Source: Azolla caroliniana (Eukaryota > Plantae > Polypodiophyta). Taken from it: a DNA stretch of 64,000 nt. The notes under the pieces were generated by a model. The model had not been told where the DNA came from and did no database searches. It saw only the letters and a list, made by a program, of their open reading frames with translations. The stretch lies in contig JBHGNT010000015.1 of the NCBI GenBank assembly GCA_043228905.1, positions 2,852,001 through 2,916,000 on the forward strand. The letters run 5' to 3'. The position numbers and the translations under genes were made by a program. Below, in pieces: positions 1-10,700 of the stretch. Within the stretch, counting starts at the first letter, position 1; each line of letters starts with the position of its first letter.

Positions 1-149
1 TTCAAACAACTTGAGAAGATGGTGAAAGATTTCGCACAGTTGACGACAACATCCTTATGGAGAATTGTCGTATTCCATAGCATGGACCAAGGCTACTCTA
101 TAGCACATGCCTTGAGATCTCATTGTCATCAGATAGAAAACCTTGCTTG
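1..149 (+). pseudogene. Possible exon of the transposon-borne N4C/N6A DNA methyltransferase (middle region)
   Basis: Open frame FKQLEKMVKDFAQLTTTSLWRIVVFHSMDQGYSIAHALRSHCHQIENLAW ending at a tg|gtaag donor; resembles the 'RVL..G.I.IF.S...ILN.IIW.K' segment of beta-class MTases. Truncated by the window edge. Confidence 0.35.
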
Positions 150-367
150 GTAAGGAATATTTATCTTACATGGAGAATTTTGATCTTCCCATCAATACAT
201 TCTACTTAATATTGATATTTGTCATACTAGGACCAAATGGTCGGAACAAGGAGTGCGTAGGGATAGGCACACAACGATTAGAGGGTGTTTAAGTTAAACA
301 AGAGAAAGTAGGCAACATACACTAATGAGAGAGAGAGAGAGAGATGTTTTAATTCAAAGAGGATGGT

Positions 368-420
368 GATCTTAGGCAAACTAGTTTCACTCCATAGTGG
401 AGCTCTTCAGTGCAAAGACC
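368..420 (-). ncRNA. Minimal type I hammerhead ribozyme associated with the Penelope-like element
   Basis: Minus strand reads GGTCTTTGCA-CTGAAGA-GCTCCACTATGGAGT-GAAA-CTAG-TT-TGCCTAAGATC: CUGANGA and GAAA cores, stem II, palindromic mini stem III, bulged stem I. Confidence 0.8.
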
Positions 421-659
421 ATTACAACAAGAGAATGTAATTAATAAAGGGGTGGGAAGGAAGAGGGAGTGAGAGAAAAGGAGTAGGGAGGATTTGATTT
501 GTGTAGTAGATGAGATAGAATAGGATGTGGTGATGAGAGAGAGAAATGTGTGTATGAAAGTGATAGGGAGTGAGAGAGGGGGAATGACTATAATGATGAT
601 GGTGAGGGGGGAGTTCTTAATGTGATGAAAAAGGGGGATTTAGGATGGCGGTATAATAT

Positions 660-822
660 TAAGTGGGGGATGTGGGTGAATTATTTGAAAACTTAGTGTT
701 AAGTGGGGGATTTGGGTGGATTGTTTGAAAATTTAGTCTTAAGTGGGGGATTTGGGTGGATTGTTTGAAAACTTAGTTTTAAGTGGGGGATTTCGGTGGA
801 TTTTTTGAAAACTTAGTCTTAA
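660..822. repeat. 40-bp tandem repeat, 4 copies, overlapping the PLE ORF stop
   Basis: Unit taagtgggggatttgggtggattgtttgaaaacttagtgt starts at 660, 700, 740 and 780. Confidence 0.95.
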
Positions 823-2442
823 CTAGGAGGGCATGTATGGACTTAGATTTTGTCCAACATATGAAGGGGCGTGAGATGCTAGTAAGCTCGAGATCTAACA
901 TTAAGTCATTATAGAGATTTTTTAGAAAACTATGAATGCCTAGTTTTGGGGTATGTTTGGTGTATCTAAGTTTAAAGATTGTGGGGTTAAGGGAGGTAGT
1001 AGTTTTGGGTTGATATAGGAGTGTTTTTCTAAGATTAAAAAGTATTTTCATATAGCTTTTTAGTATAAAGGAAGGAGGGTAACCACGGTTAACTAGTCTA
1101 TTGAAAAAGAGTTTTTTCATTTGGTAGAAACATAATGGGGTGTTTTCTCTAATGAGATATCTCCTCACTTCATTAGCGATAAAGTGTTGTTTTGTATGGG
1201 AAGGATGATCCGATGAAAAAGGCAAGTATTGGTATGAATTGAGAGGTTTTTGAAAACAATTGAATGAAAATGATGAGTTTTCGAGGTTGATCCATATGTC
1301 TAAAAAAGGTAGCCTAAAGGGGGAAGTTTGAATAGTAAGCTTGATGGAGTTATTTGTGTGTAAAGGGTAAAAGTTGAGATTTGGTGCCTGTCCAGACCCC
1401 AAATGCATCATTAATATAGCAGGTGAAGTCGAAGAGATGGGGGCGCGATGGTTGTAAGTTTTCGAGATATACTAAAAAGAGGCATGCATATAAGATTGAA
1501 AAGTTGTTGCCCATGGTCATACCTTTTATTCGTTGGTAAACTACGCCATTGAAAGTGAGATAGTGATATTCTAAAACAAGGGCACTAAGGGTATAGATGA
1601 GATTAGTTTTCGAAGGGGAAAAGTGGGGGGTGATTAGACTACGTAGGGCTTGGAGTCCTAGCTTAAGGGGGATATTAGGATAGAGAGATTCAACGTCAAA
1701 CGTGAATAAGAAACTATTAGATGGTGGGTGTAGGTTTTCTAGACTTGATTGGATTAGTGTATGAGATTCTTTTAGATATTGTGGTTGAGAAGGAGGATTA
1801 GTAGAAGTTGGTGGTGTAACCACTTCAATGTTTGTTCAAATAAGGAGTTATTATATGAACAAATGGGTTGAAAACCCATAGGTGTTTTGTGTAATTTAGG
1901 GAGGAAATAGAGGTTGGATACTTGATATCCTTTTTTGGGTTTGTGGAGGATGAAATTGGCTTCAATTAGGGAAAGTGTACCTAAGTGGTTTGTTATTATG
2001 TTATTAAGGCGGTATAGTAACTCTTCCAAGGGGAAGTGGCTAACTCTCTTATAGGTGGTAGAATTCGAGAGGTGTTCTATGGCTTTGGTGTAGTATGTGT
2101 CTTTATGTAGAACACATACTCCCATATTTTAATCGGTTGGGAGGATGATAATGTGTTTGTTGTGTTGGGGGCTTTTAAAGGCTCTAGAGAGGTGGTATGG
2201 GATTCTAGTGTTTTATGGGCTTAGTGTTGTGTGCTATTTGGTTAAGGATATGTTGGTGTTTTTTCTATTATGGAGACTAGGGGTGGATATTCTATGGGTG
2301 GCATCCAATTAGGGTTAGGTAGTTTGAAGGGGTTGAGAGGAAGTGAAGGTGTATTCTAAAAAAAATGTTTTAGCTTGAGGGATCTAGAGAGGTGGGTGAA
2401 TTCTTTTAGGATATTGTTGGGGGAGGGAGGTGGGGAGGTGGG
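779..2442 (-). mobile_element. Penelope-like element reverse transcriptase, frameshifted, no C-terminal GIY-YIG domain
   Basis: Motifs LYFLPKLHK..QPI, FDVESLYPNIP, GMTMG, YINDAF, FLDI, QKP..YLPFSSDHP and RGYP across ORFs 1772-2125, 1350-1823 and 779-1411; upstream LSRSLKLKHFF..PFK..WMPP. Confidence 0.9.
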
Positions 2443-2645
2443 GAACGAGGAGGAAGAAGAAAATTATAATAGAGAAGGGAGGAATAGAGGAGTAGGAGTC
2501 TTAGGAAGAGGTATCTTAGTTGAAGAAGATGGGTTCTTAGTAGTGGATTTGAGTGATGGGTAGTAAGAAGGTCTTTGGTTTTTAAGTTCATTGTGGAGTT
2601 TATCCTCTTTGTATTGACTTGAGTGGATATTATAACATTCTTATC

Positions 2646-2745
2646 NNNNNNNNNNNNNNNNNNNNNNNNNNNNNNNNNNNNNNNNNNNNNNNNNNNNNNN
2701 NNNNNNNNNNNNNNNNNNNNNNNNNNNNNNNNNNNNNNNNNNNNN
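2646..2745. other. Assembly gap (100 N)
   Basis: Run of N. Confidence 1.
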
Positions 2746-3499
2746 GAAAGACCTTCTTACTACCCATCACTCAAATCCACTACTAAGAACCATCTTCTTC
2801 AACTAAGATACCTCTTCCTAAGACTCCTACTCCTCTATTCCTCCCCTTCTCTATTATAATTTTCTTCTTCCTCCTCGTTCACGCTATTTTTAGAAGCTTT
2901 TTATCTCCTATTTTTAGCTAAGACCCAACGACCTTCTAACTGTCATATCTCCCTCATTAGAGCTCCAAATTTAGTGATTTAAAAATCTATAGATAGCTCT
3001 CTTTGCGAGCTTTCTAACCTATATTTGCACATGATATTTGGCTTACAAACAAGAGAGTTATGACCATTCGTTTCAAACTATTTTTAGGTGGCCCACTTTT
3101 TAACACGTTCGCGTTCACAAGTGGAAGGATCTCGCAAAAATGGAAGGATAAGGAATATTCCGTTTGATTTTGGTGTTTATATACCCATTTCACAAAACAC
3201 AATGATACTAGTATCACATATTCTCAAAAATTCATTGGAAAATCTTAAAATTTCACAATTTCATAAAGTTGGAAAGTCATAAAATTTAGGCTCTGATCCA
3301 AAAGTTATGATGTGTATTTTCGCAAAAAAACAACAAGTAATGTTTTTTTTAACAAACAATCTTCATACGAAGCAACAGATTTCAAAACATAACCTTTATG
3401 TCATTCGAGTATCACAAACGGAATTTGGTTACAATTTGATACCAAAATTGCATTCAAGAGTTTAGGGTTTACTGAAATCACTCCTTTCATGATCTAGAA

Positions 3500-3990
3500 T
3501 CATTCCTTGTCATCTTCAAATGTACCTATTAAAGCATTGTCTTCATCTGAAACTTGATGGCGTGATTCTAAATTATGTGTTGATGACCTTATAGACTGGA
3601 TTTTATTTTGGTTATCATGCATCACCACATCCAAGACCCTACCAATCCAAAATTGGTGCCCTAGCTCATTATCATCAATAGGTATAGGAATTAACATTCC
3701 CACCTTAAGTTCTTGCAAGTTTCTGTGCTACCTAGCTTCAGTTGCTTTTGTCATCCTTGGTCCAACATAAATGTCCCTTTGTTGTGGATGGAGCAAGCTA
3801 TCATTAATCGCATTAGGTGTAGGAAGAGGAGTTTGAGAATCACGAGAGTGATGTATACATCATATAAAGGGGATTTGCATGGTCCAAGTACCGACAATAC
3901 AATTATCAACAATTTCTTCTTGATCATTGAGAACACATCCCAACATCAGGTATCTTGTTCTCCAACATTAGTGCACATGCTAAAGTAACC
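3500..3990 (-). pseudogene. C-terminal remnant of the transposon's putative transposase gene
   Basis: QELKVGMLIPIPIDDNELGHQFWIGRVLDVVMH is homologous to QELAPGMLIATLIDGNSQGHQIWVGKILEVLMH at 37455. Confidence 0.55.
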
Positions 3991-4205
3991 TATTAATTAG
4001 TAATAAGTAAAAAAGAAAACTAACTATAGTTATGCTTAACTAACCTTACTTAACTAACCTATTACTTAGTAACAAGTAAAAAAAAAACTAAATATGTCGA
4101 GCAAAAGGACATCTAGGACTGAATTCAGGTAAACCTAAACCCCAAAACATACGGACTTTTGTTTCTAAACCATAAACTATATCGAGTAATTGCAAGGCAA
4201 GGAAA

Positions 4206-5020
4206 TAACTTAATACAATGTATAGAGTTTGGATTGTAACTTGAAACATTGTATTGAATTTAAAGACCTATGATCCTCAACTTCATAAAATGTATCGAGT
4301 TGGAAGGTCAACTAGATACATCAAGTTGGAAAGTCAACTAGTTACATTGTATCTAGTTGACTTTCCAACTCAATACATTTTATGGAGTTGGAAAGTCAAC
4401 TAGATACAATGGTTGACTTTCCAACTCAATACATTTTATGCAGTTGGAAGGTCAACTAGATACAATGTATCTAGTTGACTTTCCAACTCGATAAAATCTA
4501 TCGACTTGGAAGGTCAACTAGATACAATGTATCGAGTTGTCCTCCCACCTCGATAAAATGTGTCGACTTAGAAGGTCAACTAGATACAATGTATCGAGTT
4601 GACCTTCCACCTCGATAAAATATATCGACTTGGAAGGTCAACTCGATACAATGTATCAAATTGACTTCCCAAGTTGATACATTGTATTGAATAGAGGCTC
4701 TTGGTACTTCAACTCGATACAATGTATCGAGTTGAGGCTCTTGGTACGTCAACTCGATACAATATATCAAGTTGGTGCACCTAGGAGCCTCAACTCAATA
4801 CAATGTATCAAGTTGAATTTCCGACTCGATACAATGTACCAAGTTGGAGTCCTAACTCAATACATTGTGATGAGTAGGAGTCCCAACTCACTACATTGTA
4901 TTGAGTTGAGGCTCATGGGACTTCAACTCAATACAATGAATCGAGTTGTAGTGCAAACTCCATATGTTGTCATGAGTTGAGGCTCCTAGGTGCACCAGCT
5001 CAGTACAATATATCGAGTTT
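4206..5020. repeat. Array of about 25 palindromic 25-mers CAACTCGATACA(A/T)TGTATCGAGTTG with 6- or 15-16-bp spacers
   Basis: Units enumerated by eye; spacers occur in both orientations (gaaggt/accttc, aggctcctaggtgcac/gtgcacctaggagcct). Confidence 0.95.
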
Positions 5021-5585
5021 CCATTGCATATGAGCTACTCTCTATAGAATGTATGGAAGTGAGTTATTCATGGACAAAATCAAGGGTTTTGTAGTCTTTA
5101 GTTGTATTTAACTACGAAAAAAATGCTAAAATTAGTGTCAACAAGCTAATTTAGATGGAAACTTTAGAACTCAAAATGAGATATTTTAGATAGGTTTATG
5201 ATTCACAAATCATGCTAAAGTATAGGTTTTATGGCCTTTTTTCATGAATTTCCTTTTTTTTCTATCTTTGAAAGGCAAAATAATAACTTGAACCTTAGAG
5301 TAACAATGATGTTTCTATTAGTTTAATATCAGGTCTACTGAGCCTTAAGACGAGAGACCAATTAAAAAAATTCAAATCAAATATTAGAGCTCACTCATTG
5401 AGACCAGTCAAATTCCTGTCACCACCTATTCCCAAAAAGGAAAAAAACTATTATTTGATGATGATATTGCTGGGCAGCCTTTTGACGAGGTCAATCAGAA
5501 GAAAATTGTGGCTACAATAGGATGGAAACCCTTGGAGATATAGATATGACTAACTATGAGTAGGCCATGACTATGACTAGGACTT

Positions 5586-6113
5586 GTCAATCCCTATTAG
5601 AAGCCTTAACGTCTCAAGATGCACCTGGTGGAAATGTTCTCTAATGAAGATGATTGGATATTAGATTTGTTTTCAATTCATTATCCCAATTGCTTGATGA
5701 AACAAATTGCATTGTTGAACTGTTATGTGAATCATTCCTATTTTTTAATCGATGTTAGGTATTACATCTACATGTGCACTGGAATTTTTCCACAGCTCTA
5801 TCGCATTGGAGAAGGATGAGGAGCATGTTATCTTCATAAATATGAGGCTTAGAGCACTATGGGAATGCCCTAATCAAGACAAGGAGGTAGGGATCAAGCA
5901 TATAGCAAATACAAAATGTTTTTAGCTTGCCTCCCGTGAGCCCATCCGTCCACTAGTTGGTGAACCGGGGAGCTTATAGACCTTGAAGATGAGCTATTAG
6001 AGAACCCCACAATAGCCAGTCTATCTACATTGGATATTAGTGCACAAAATATCGAGGATAGTTCACCCAAGGAAGATGAAGACAATGATGCAGATACCCT
6101 CATAGCTATGTAA
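5586..6113 (+). pseudogene. Beta-class N4-cytosine/N6-adenine DNA methyltransferase, C-terminal half, intron-containing, decayed
   Basis: VNPY*KP*RLKMHLVEMFSNEDDWILDLFS (5586-5675), then an intron with ag acceptor at 5757-5758, then GITSTCALEFFHSSIALEKDEEHVIFINMRL. Fits the pattern HPTQKP..L..LI..S..D.VLD.F.GSGTT..A...I..E.D...RL. Confidence 0.8.
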
Positions 6114-7783
6114 ACCATTTTTATCTCGATACAATTGATGTAGTTGTCACAAACATGTTGCCTTTAATTAAATATTTACGTTTTTTTTAAGGTTCTATCT
6201 TATCAATGTGGTCCTATAGATGTTTGTTGTAATGTTTCAATTATTTGTATTATATGGTGTTTAATGTTTGAAATTTTTGGTTGATGTGTTTTTTTTGTTG
6301 CACTATCTTATTAATAATTGTAGATTATGTTCTGGGCTATATTCATTCTTTATAGCATTAGTCTATCTACATCCATTGAAACATTTATTTATTTTATGTA
6401 GTGTATAATGTTCGAATTATATGTATATGTGCTTTATCTTTGTGTCGCAGAATCTGATTATTATTTACACATGAGTGTATATTCATTCATTAAAGCATTA
6501 ATCTAAATGCATATGCTAGAAATTTATTCCATATTCATCAACGAAACATTGCTTCATATTTATCCATCAATCGGGTGTATAATCCCTAAACATGTTTCGT
6601 TTACTGTTAATCAAATTTTGAATTAAAGCATACTTTTATAAGCACTTAAAACTTTACAATTTTATTTTCTCTCCTATTTTGAAATATTGCCAGTAGTTGG
6701 ATTTAAATATAGATTAATAGCCATGTGTCCATTTAGGGTTTCCAATTAATGATCCATGGTTGTAGGTATTCTCATTCCTTGGTATGTATAGCTATTTATG
6801 GGTGTTCTCCAAATATCATGAGTACTCCTTAGTATGTTTGGGTGTTTCCTCTTGCTTTGGGGTTTATGGGTGTCTCTTCCTATACACGTATCTTATTCAC
6901 CGTTGATAATTGAATGTCGTCTCTAATTTGGCTCCCAATTATTTAGCATGTTTATGGCTGAATAGGTGGCATGCATGTTTGAGTGTATCTATTTTATGAT
7001 AAACACAACCAAAATGAATCTTTCTCAATACTTAAATTTATAATTTGCTTGGGTTCTCAGAAATATATATCTTCAGTATTATATCCTACAAGATCCATTA
7101 AGGATAAATTTGAATCAACTATAATCACTAATGTATAGATATCACATCCTCCTCTTGCATATACACCTCTACGGGATAGATAAACTAGGATAAGAACTTT
7201 TCGACTCCAACTTACAAAAAACAAAATATTGTTTAATAATATTGTTCCAATCATTAACTTGTGTCAAATGAGACCGCCATTGTGCACTCAATATTTCACA
7301 ATAGCCTAAATTTGTACTACTACAAAAGGAATCTAAAAGTGGAATGCGCGATCCTTCCACTTGTGAACGCGAACGTGTTTTTTTCTCTTTTTACTTTTCT
7401 CTTTGTCTCTTACTTTTACTTTTGACTTCTTCTTAAGATATTGGTTCGTGTTCTTTGCCTCGAAATGTGAATGCTCCATACCTTATATTCTTCTAACATT
7501 CAATGACTTGAATTCTAAAAACATTTTCACATTTAGCCTCCCCCTTACTTGTTGAGCGAACCATTTATGGTGAGCTAAAGATAAAAAGAAAAAACAAACT
7601 CCTTCGCCGTATAAATATTAAAAGTATATGAAATTATTGTGTGAGAAAAAACCCCTGTTACGAGGTAGAAAAAAATCTCACGCTTCTAAACACACACCCA
7701 CACACACATTGACAATTGTCATCACCATCTTTCTCCTTGTCAACACAAAGAAAGACGTTACCACAATTATTATGTCTTTGCCA

Positions 7784-10700
7784 CAACAGTTCTACACATA
7801 CAACAATATAACCCCACTCACACTCACATTGCGTGATTGCCCTAAGTCATATTTATACTTATATGAACTTAGGGCTATTTACAAATATAGCCTCAATAGG
7901 CTTACTCAAAACATATTTACAAATATGTCTTCTCTTCCAGTTCTCACCGGGTCCATCCGATCCGGTTTCTGGATCTCTTCTGGTTCTCACCGGGTTCTCT
8001 TTAGTCATAACCGGATCCCATCCGAAGGGACCGATTTCCCAACAATGTCCCCCTTCACTCCGGCATGGGATGTCTCACCAGCCCGATCCGCTTTCAGCAC
8101 GCGTCCAGCTTGTCAGTTGTCAACACCTTGGTTAGCATATCTGACCCATTCTCCTCCGTGTGGATCGTCGTCAGCACAAACTCTTGATCTTCTACTCTCT
8201 CCTGGATCCAGTGGTACCTACGCTGGATATGTTTCGTTCGAGAATGGTAGGCCGCATTCTTTGCAAGGTGGATGGCACTTTGACTATCGCAGTAGAGCCG
8301 GTATTCCTCTTGTTGGATCCGTATCTCTTCGATGAAGTCCTTCATCCAAATTATCTCCTTGCCGGCTTCCACAACTGCCATGTACTCCGCCTCCGTGGTT
8401 GACAACGCAACCGTCTTCTACAGCCTCGACTGCCACGAAATAGCTCCCCCTACATAAGTCATGACATATTCGGACGTAGACCGGCTAGTATCCGCATCGA
8501 TTGACATATGCGAATCGGTGAATCCGTCAAGTTGGGGATTACCGGAGCCGAACCGGAGGCACATACTCGAGGTGCCTTTCAAATACCGGAGTATCCACTT
8601 GTCCGCGTTCCAATGCTCTCTTCCAGGATTGCTCATGAACCGGCTCACCACTCTGACTACATATCCGATATGCGGCCGGGTACATACCATCGCGAACATC
8701 AAGCTTCCGACGGTAGAGACATATGGAATCTTCATCATATCCGTCTTCTCCGCCTTTGTCCTCGGGCTTTGTTTTCCGAATAGCGTGTAGTTTGCTGGAA
8801 GTGTCGATCTGACCAATTTCGCCTCGGACATGTTGAACCATTGAGGCACCTTTGTCACGTACTTCTCCTGTGACAACCACAACAGCTTCTTCAACCAGTT
8901 CCGGATTATGTGCATTCCCAATATCTGTCTTGCCGGACCCAAGTCTTTCATTGAGAAGGTCCGGTTTAGAGCCTTCTTCAGCATTCGAATCTTGTCTTGG
9001 TCTCGTCCGACGATCAACATATCATCCACATATAAGAGAAGTATCAGGAAATCTCCTCCATCAAATTTCTTCACAAACACGCAGTGATCGGCCTGCGTCT
9101 TGTGGTACCCTTGGTCGGTCATGAAGGAGTCGAACTTCCAGTACCATTGTCGAGGGGCTTGCTTCAATCCGTATAAGCTCTTCTTCAGCCAGCACACCAG
9201 GTGCTCCTTCCCTTTCTTCTCAAATCCTTCCAGTTGATGCATATAGATCTCTTCTTTGAGGTCTCCATGTAGGAATGTCGTTTTGACATCCAGTTGCTCT
9301 ACCTCGAGGTCCATGCTTGCCGCTATGCTCAATACCGTCCGGATGGATGTCATTTTTACTACCAGGGCAAAGATCTCATCGAAGTCCACTCCTTTCTTCT
9401 GCTGGAAGCCCTTCACCACAATCCGGGCTTTGTACCTTGGTGGATTTCCAGTGTCTCTCGGTTTTAGCTTGTACACCCACTTGTTTCAGAGTGCTCTCTT
9501 CCCTTTCGGCAACTCCGTCAGTTCATATGTGTGGTTCTCATGCAAGGAATCCATCTTCGTCCTGCATGGCACTCAACCACTTGCGGTTGTGGGTGTCTCT
9601 CTTTGCTTCTTCGAAGCTTTCCGGCTCCCCTGCATCGGTTAGCAACACATGCTCTACATCCGGAAATCGCTGGGGAGCTCTTCTCTCTCGGAGAGGATAT
9701 CTCCATCCTTGATTTCTTACCACCGGTTCCTCCGTTTGTTCCTCATTTGAATCCAATTCGGGATCTTGTCCAATTCCAGTGTCTTCTTCTTCTTCTTCTT
9801 CTTCTTTTGTCGGTTCGGTTTCTTGTCTGTATCTGGCCGGTTTGTCGAGTGTCATCCGGTTACCGGCTAACATCCGGTTTTCATTGGATGATCCAGAGTT
9901 CATCACCTTCTTCTCCGACTCCTAGTTGGCAATGGTCATGTCTTCCATGAAGACTATGTCCCGACTCTGAAACACCTTCTTGTTGTTACTGGCCGGCAAA
10001 GGAGTCCAGAGTGGGAAACAGAGAGTTATTTAAGTAGTAGGAATGTGGTTGTAATTAAGCTATGAGTGTGGACGGACGGACCGGAATCGGGATGCCGTTC
10101 CGGATTCGGACAGATCCCGAACAGGTGCGGATGGCACCGTTTTGTAATACAAACCGGAAACCTATTTAAAGGCCCGGATACAATGTAATGAATAGCGGTT
10201 AATTAATAAAAGCTTAGCATTGTTATATCTCTGTGTTAATTGCCGTTCTGTCTTAATTGTTATATCTTACGCGTGTAATTATGAAAGACGATCATGCTAA
10301 GTAACTTAATTAAGTCGGGTTAAGCGTTGAGTCTAATCCGGTTGCCGTAACACCCTTTGGTGACGTGTCTTCCGTAGACACCCTGTGTTAGGCCATTGTC
10401 CGGCCCTAAGAGTTAACACAGTTTTTTATGGCGACCACGAAGGCGACCCCCCTTTGGAGATGGAGTCAAACAATAATACGCGGCAATTCGAGGCATAGTG
10501 ACGATGCTATCGGAGAGACGAGCAAGAAATGATGATGACATGCACCAAATGGCAACGACGATGTGGGAGAAGCAATGAAGATGTGCAAAAAAAAGAAAAA
10601 GAAAAAAAGAAAAAAATGGAATCGATGATGCTATGCAAAAGGCGACAACAATGTGCGAAAGAAGTCCAAAATGGAAGATTAACTGCCGCATAATTCTATA

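Larger units (their letters stand above)
3102..7379. mobile_element. TIR DNA transposon, copy 1 (both ends present, internally deleted; superfamily tentatively Sola-like), carrying a DNA methyltransferase pseudogene
   Basis: 35-bp TIRs AACACGTTCGCGTTCACAAGTGGAAGGATC(T/G)CGCA at 3102-3136 and 7345-7379. TTTTT on both flanks. Empty site visible in the sister LTR at 17741-17760. Confidence 0.9.

Noticed and set aside
2443-2880. Palindrome of LTR sequence around the N gap
   Set aside because: Near-identical inverted copies flank a 100-N scaffold gap, so it may be a contig join or orientation artefact.
3097-3110. piggyBac assignment from TTAA|CAC
   Set aside because: The other three termini are followed by tttt, ttcc and ttag, not TTAA.
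4206-5020. CRISPR array
   Set aside because: Spacers are only 6-16 bp and recur, there are no cas genes, and the context is a eukaryotic transposon.
5425-5445. SPP peptide as the MTase catalytic motif
   Set aside because: It reads SPPI with no supporting flanking beta-strand context.
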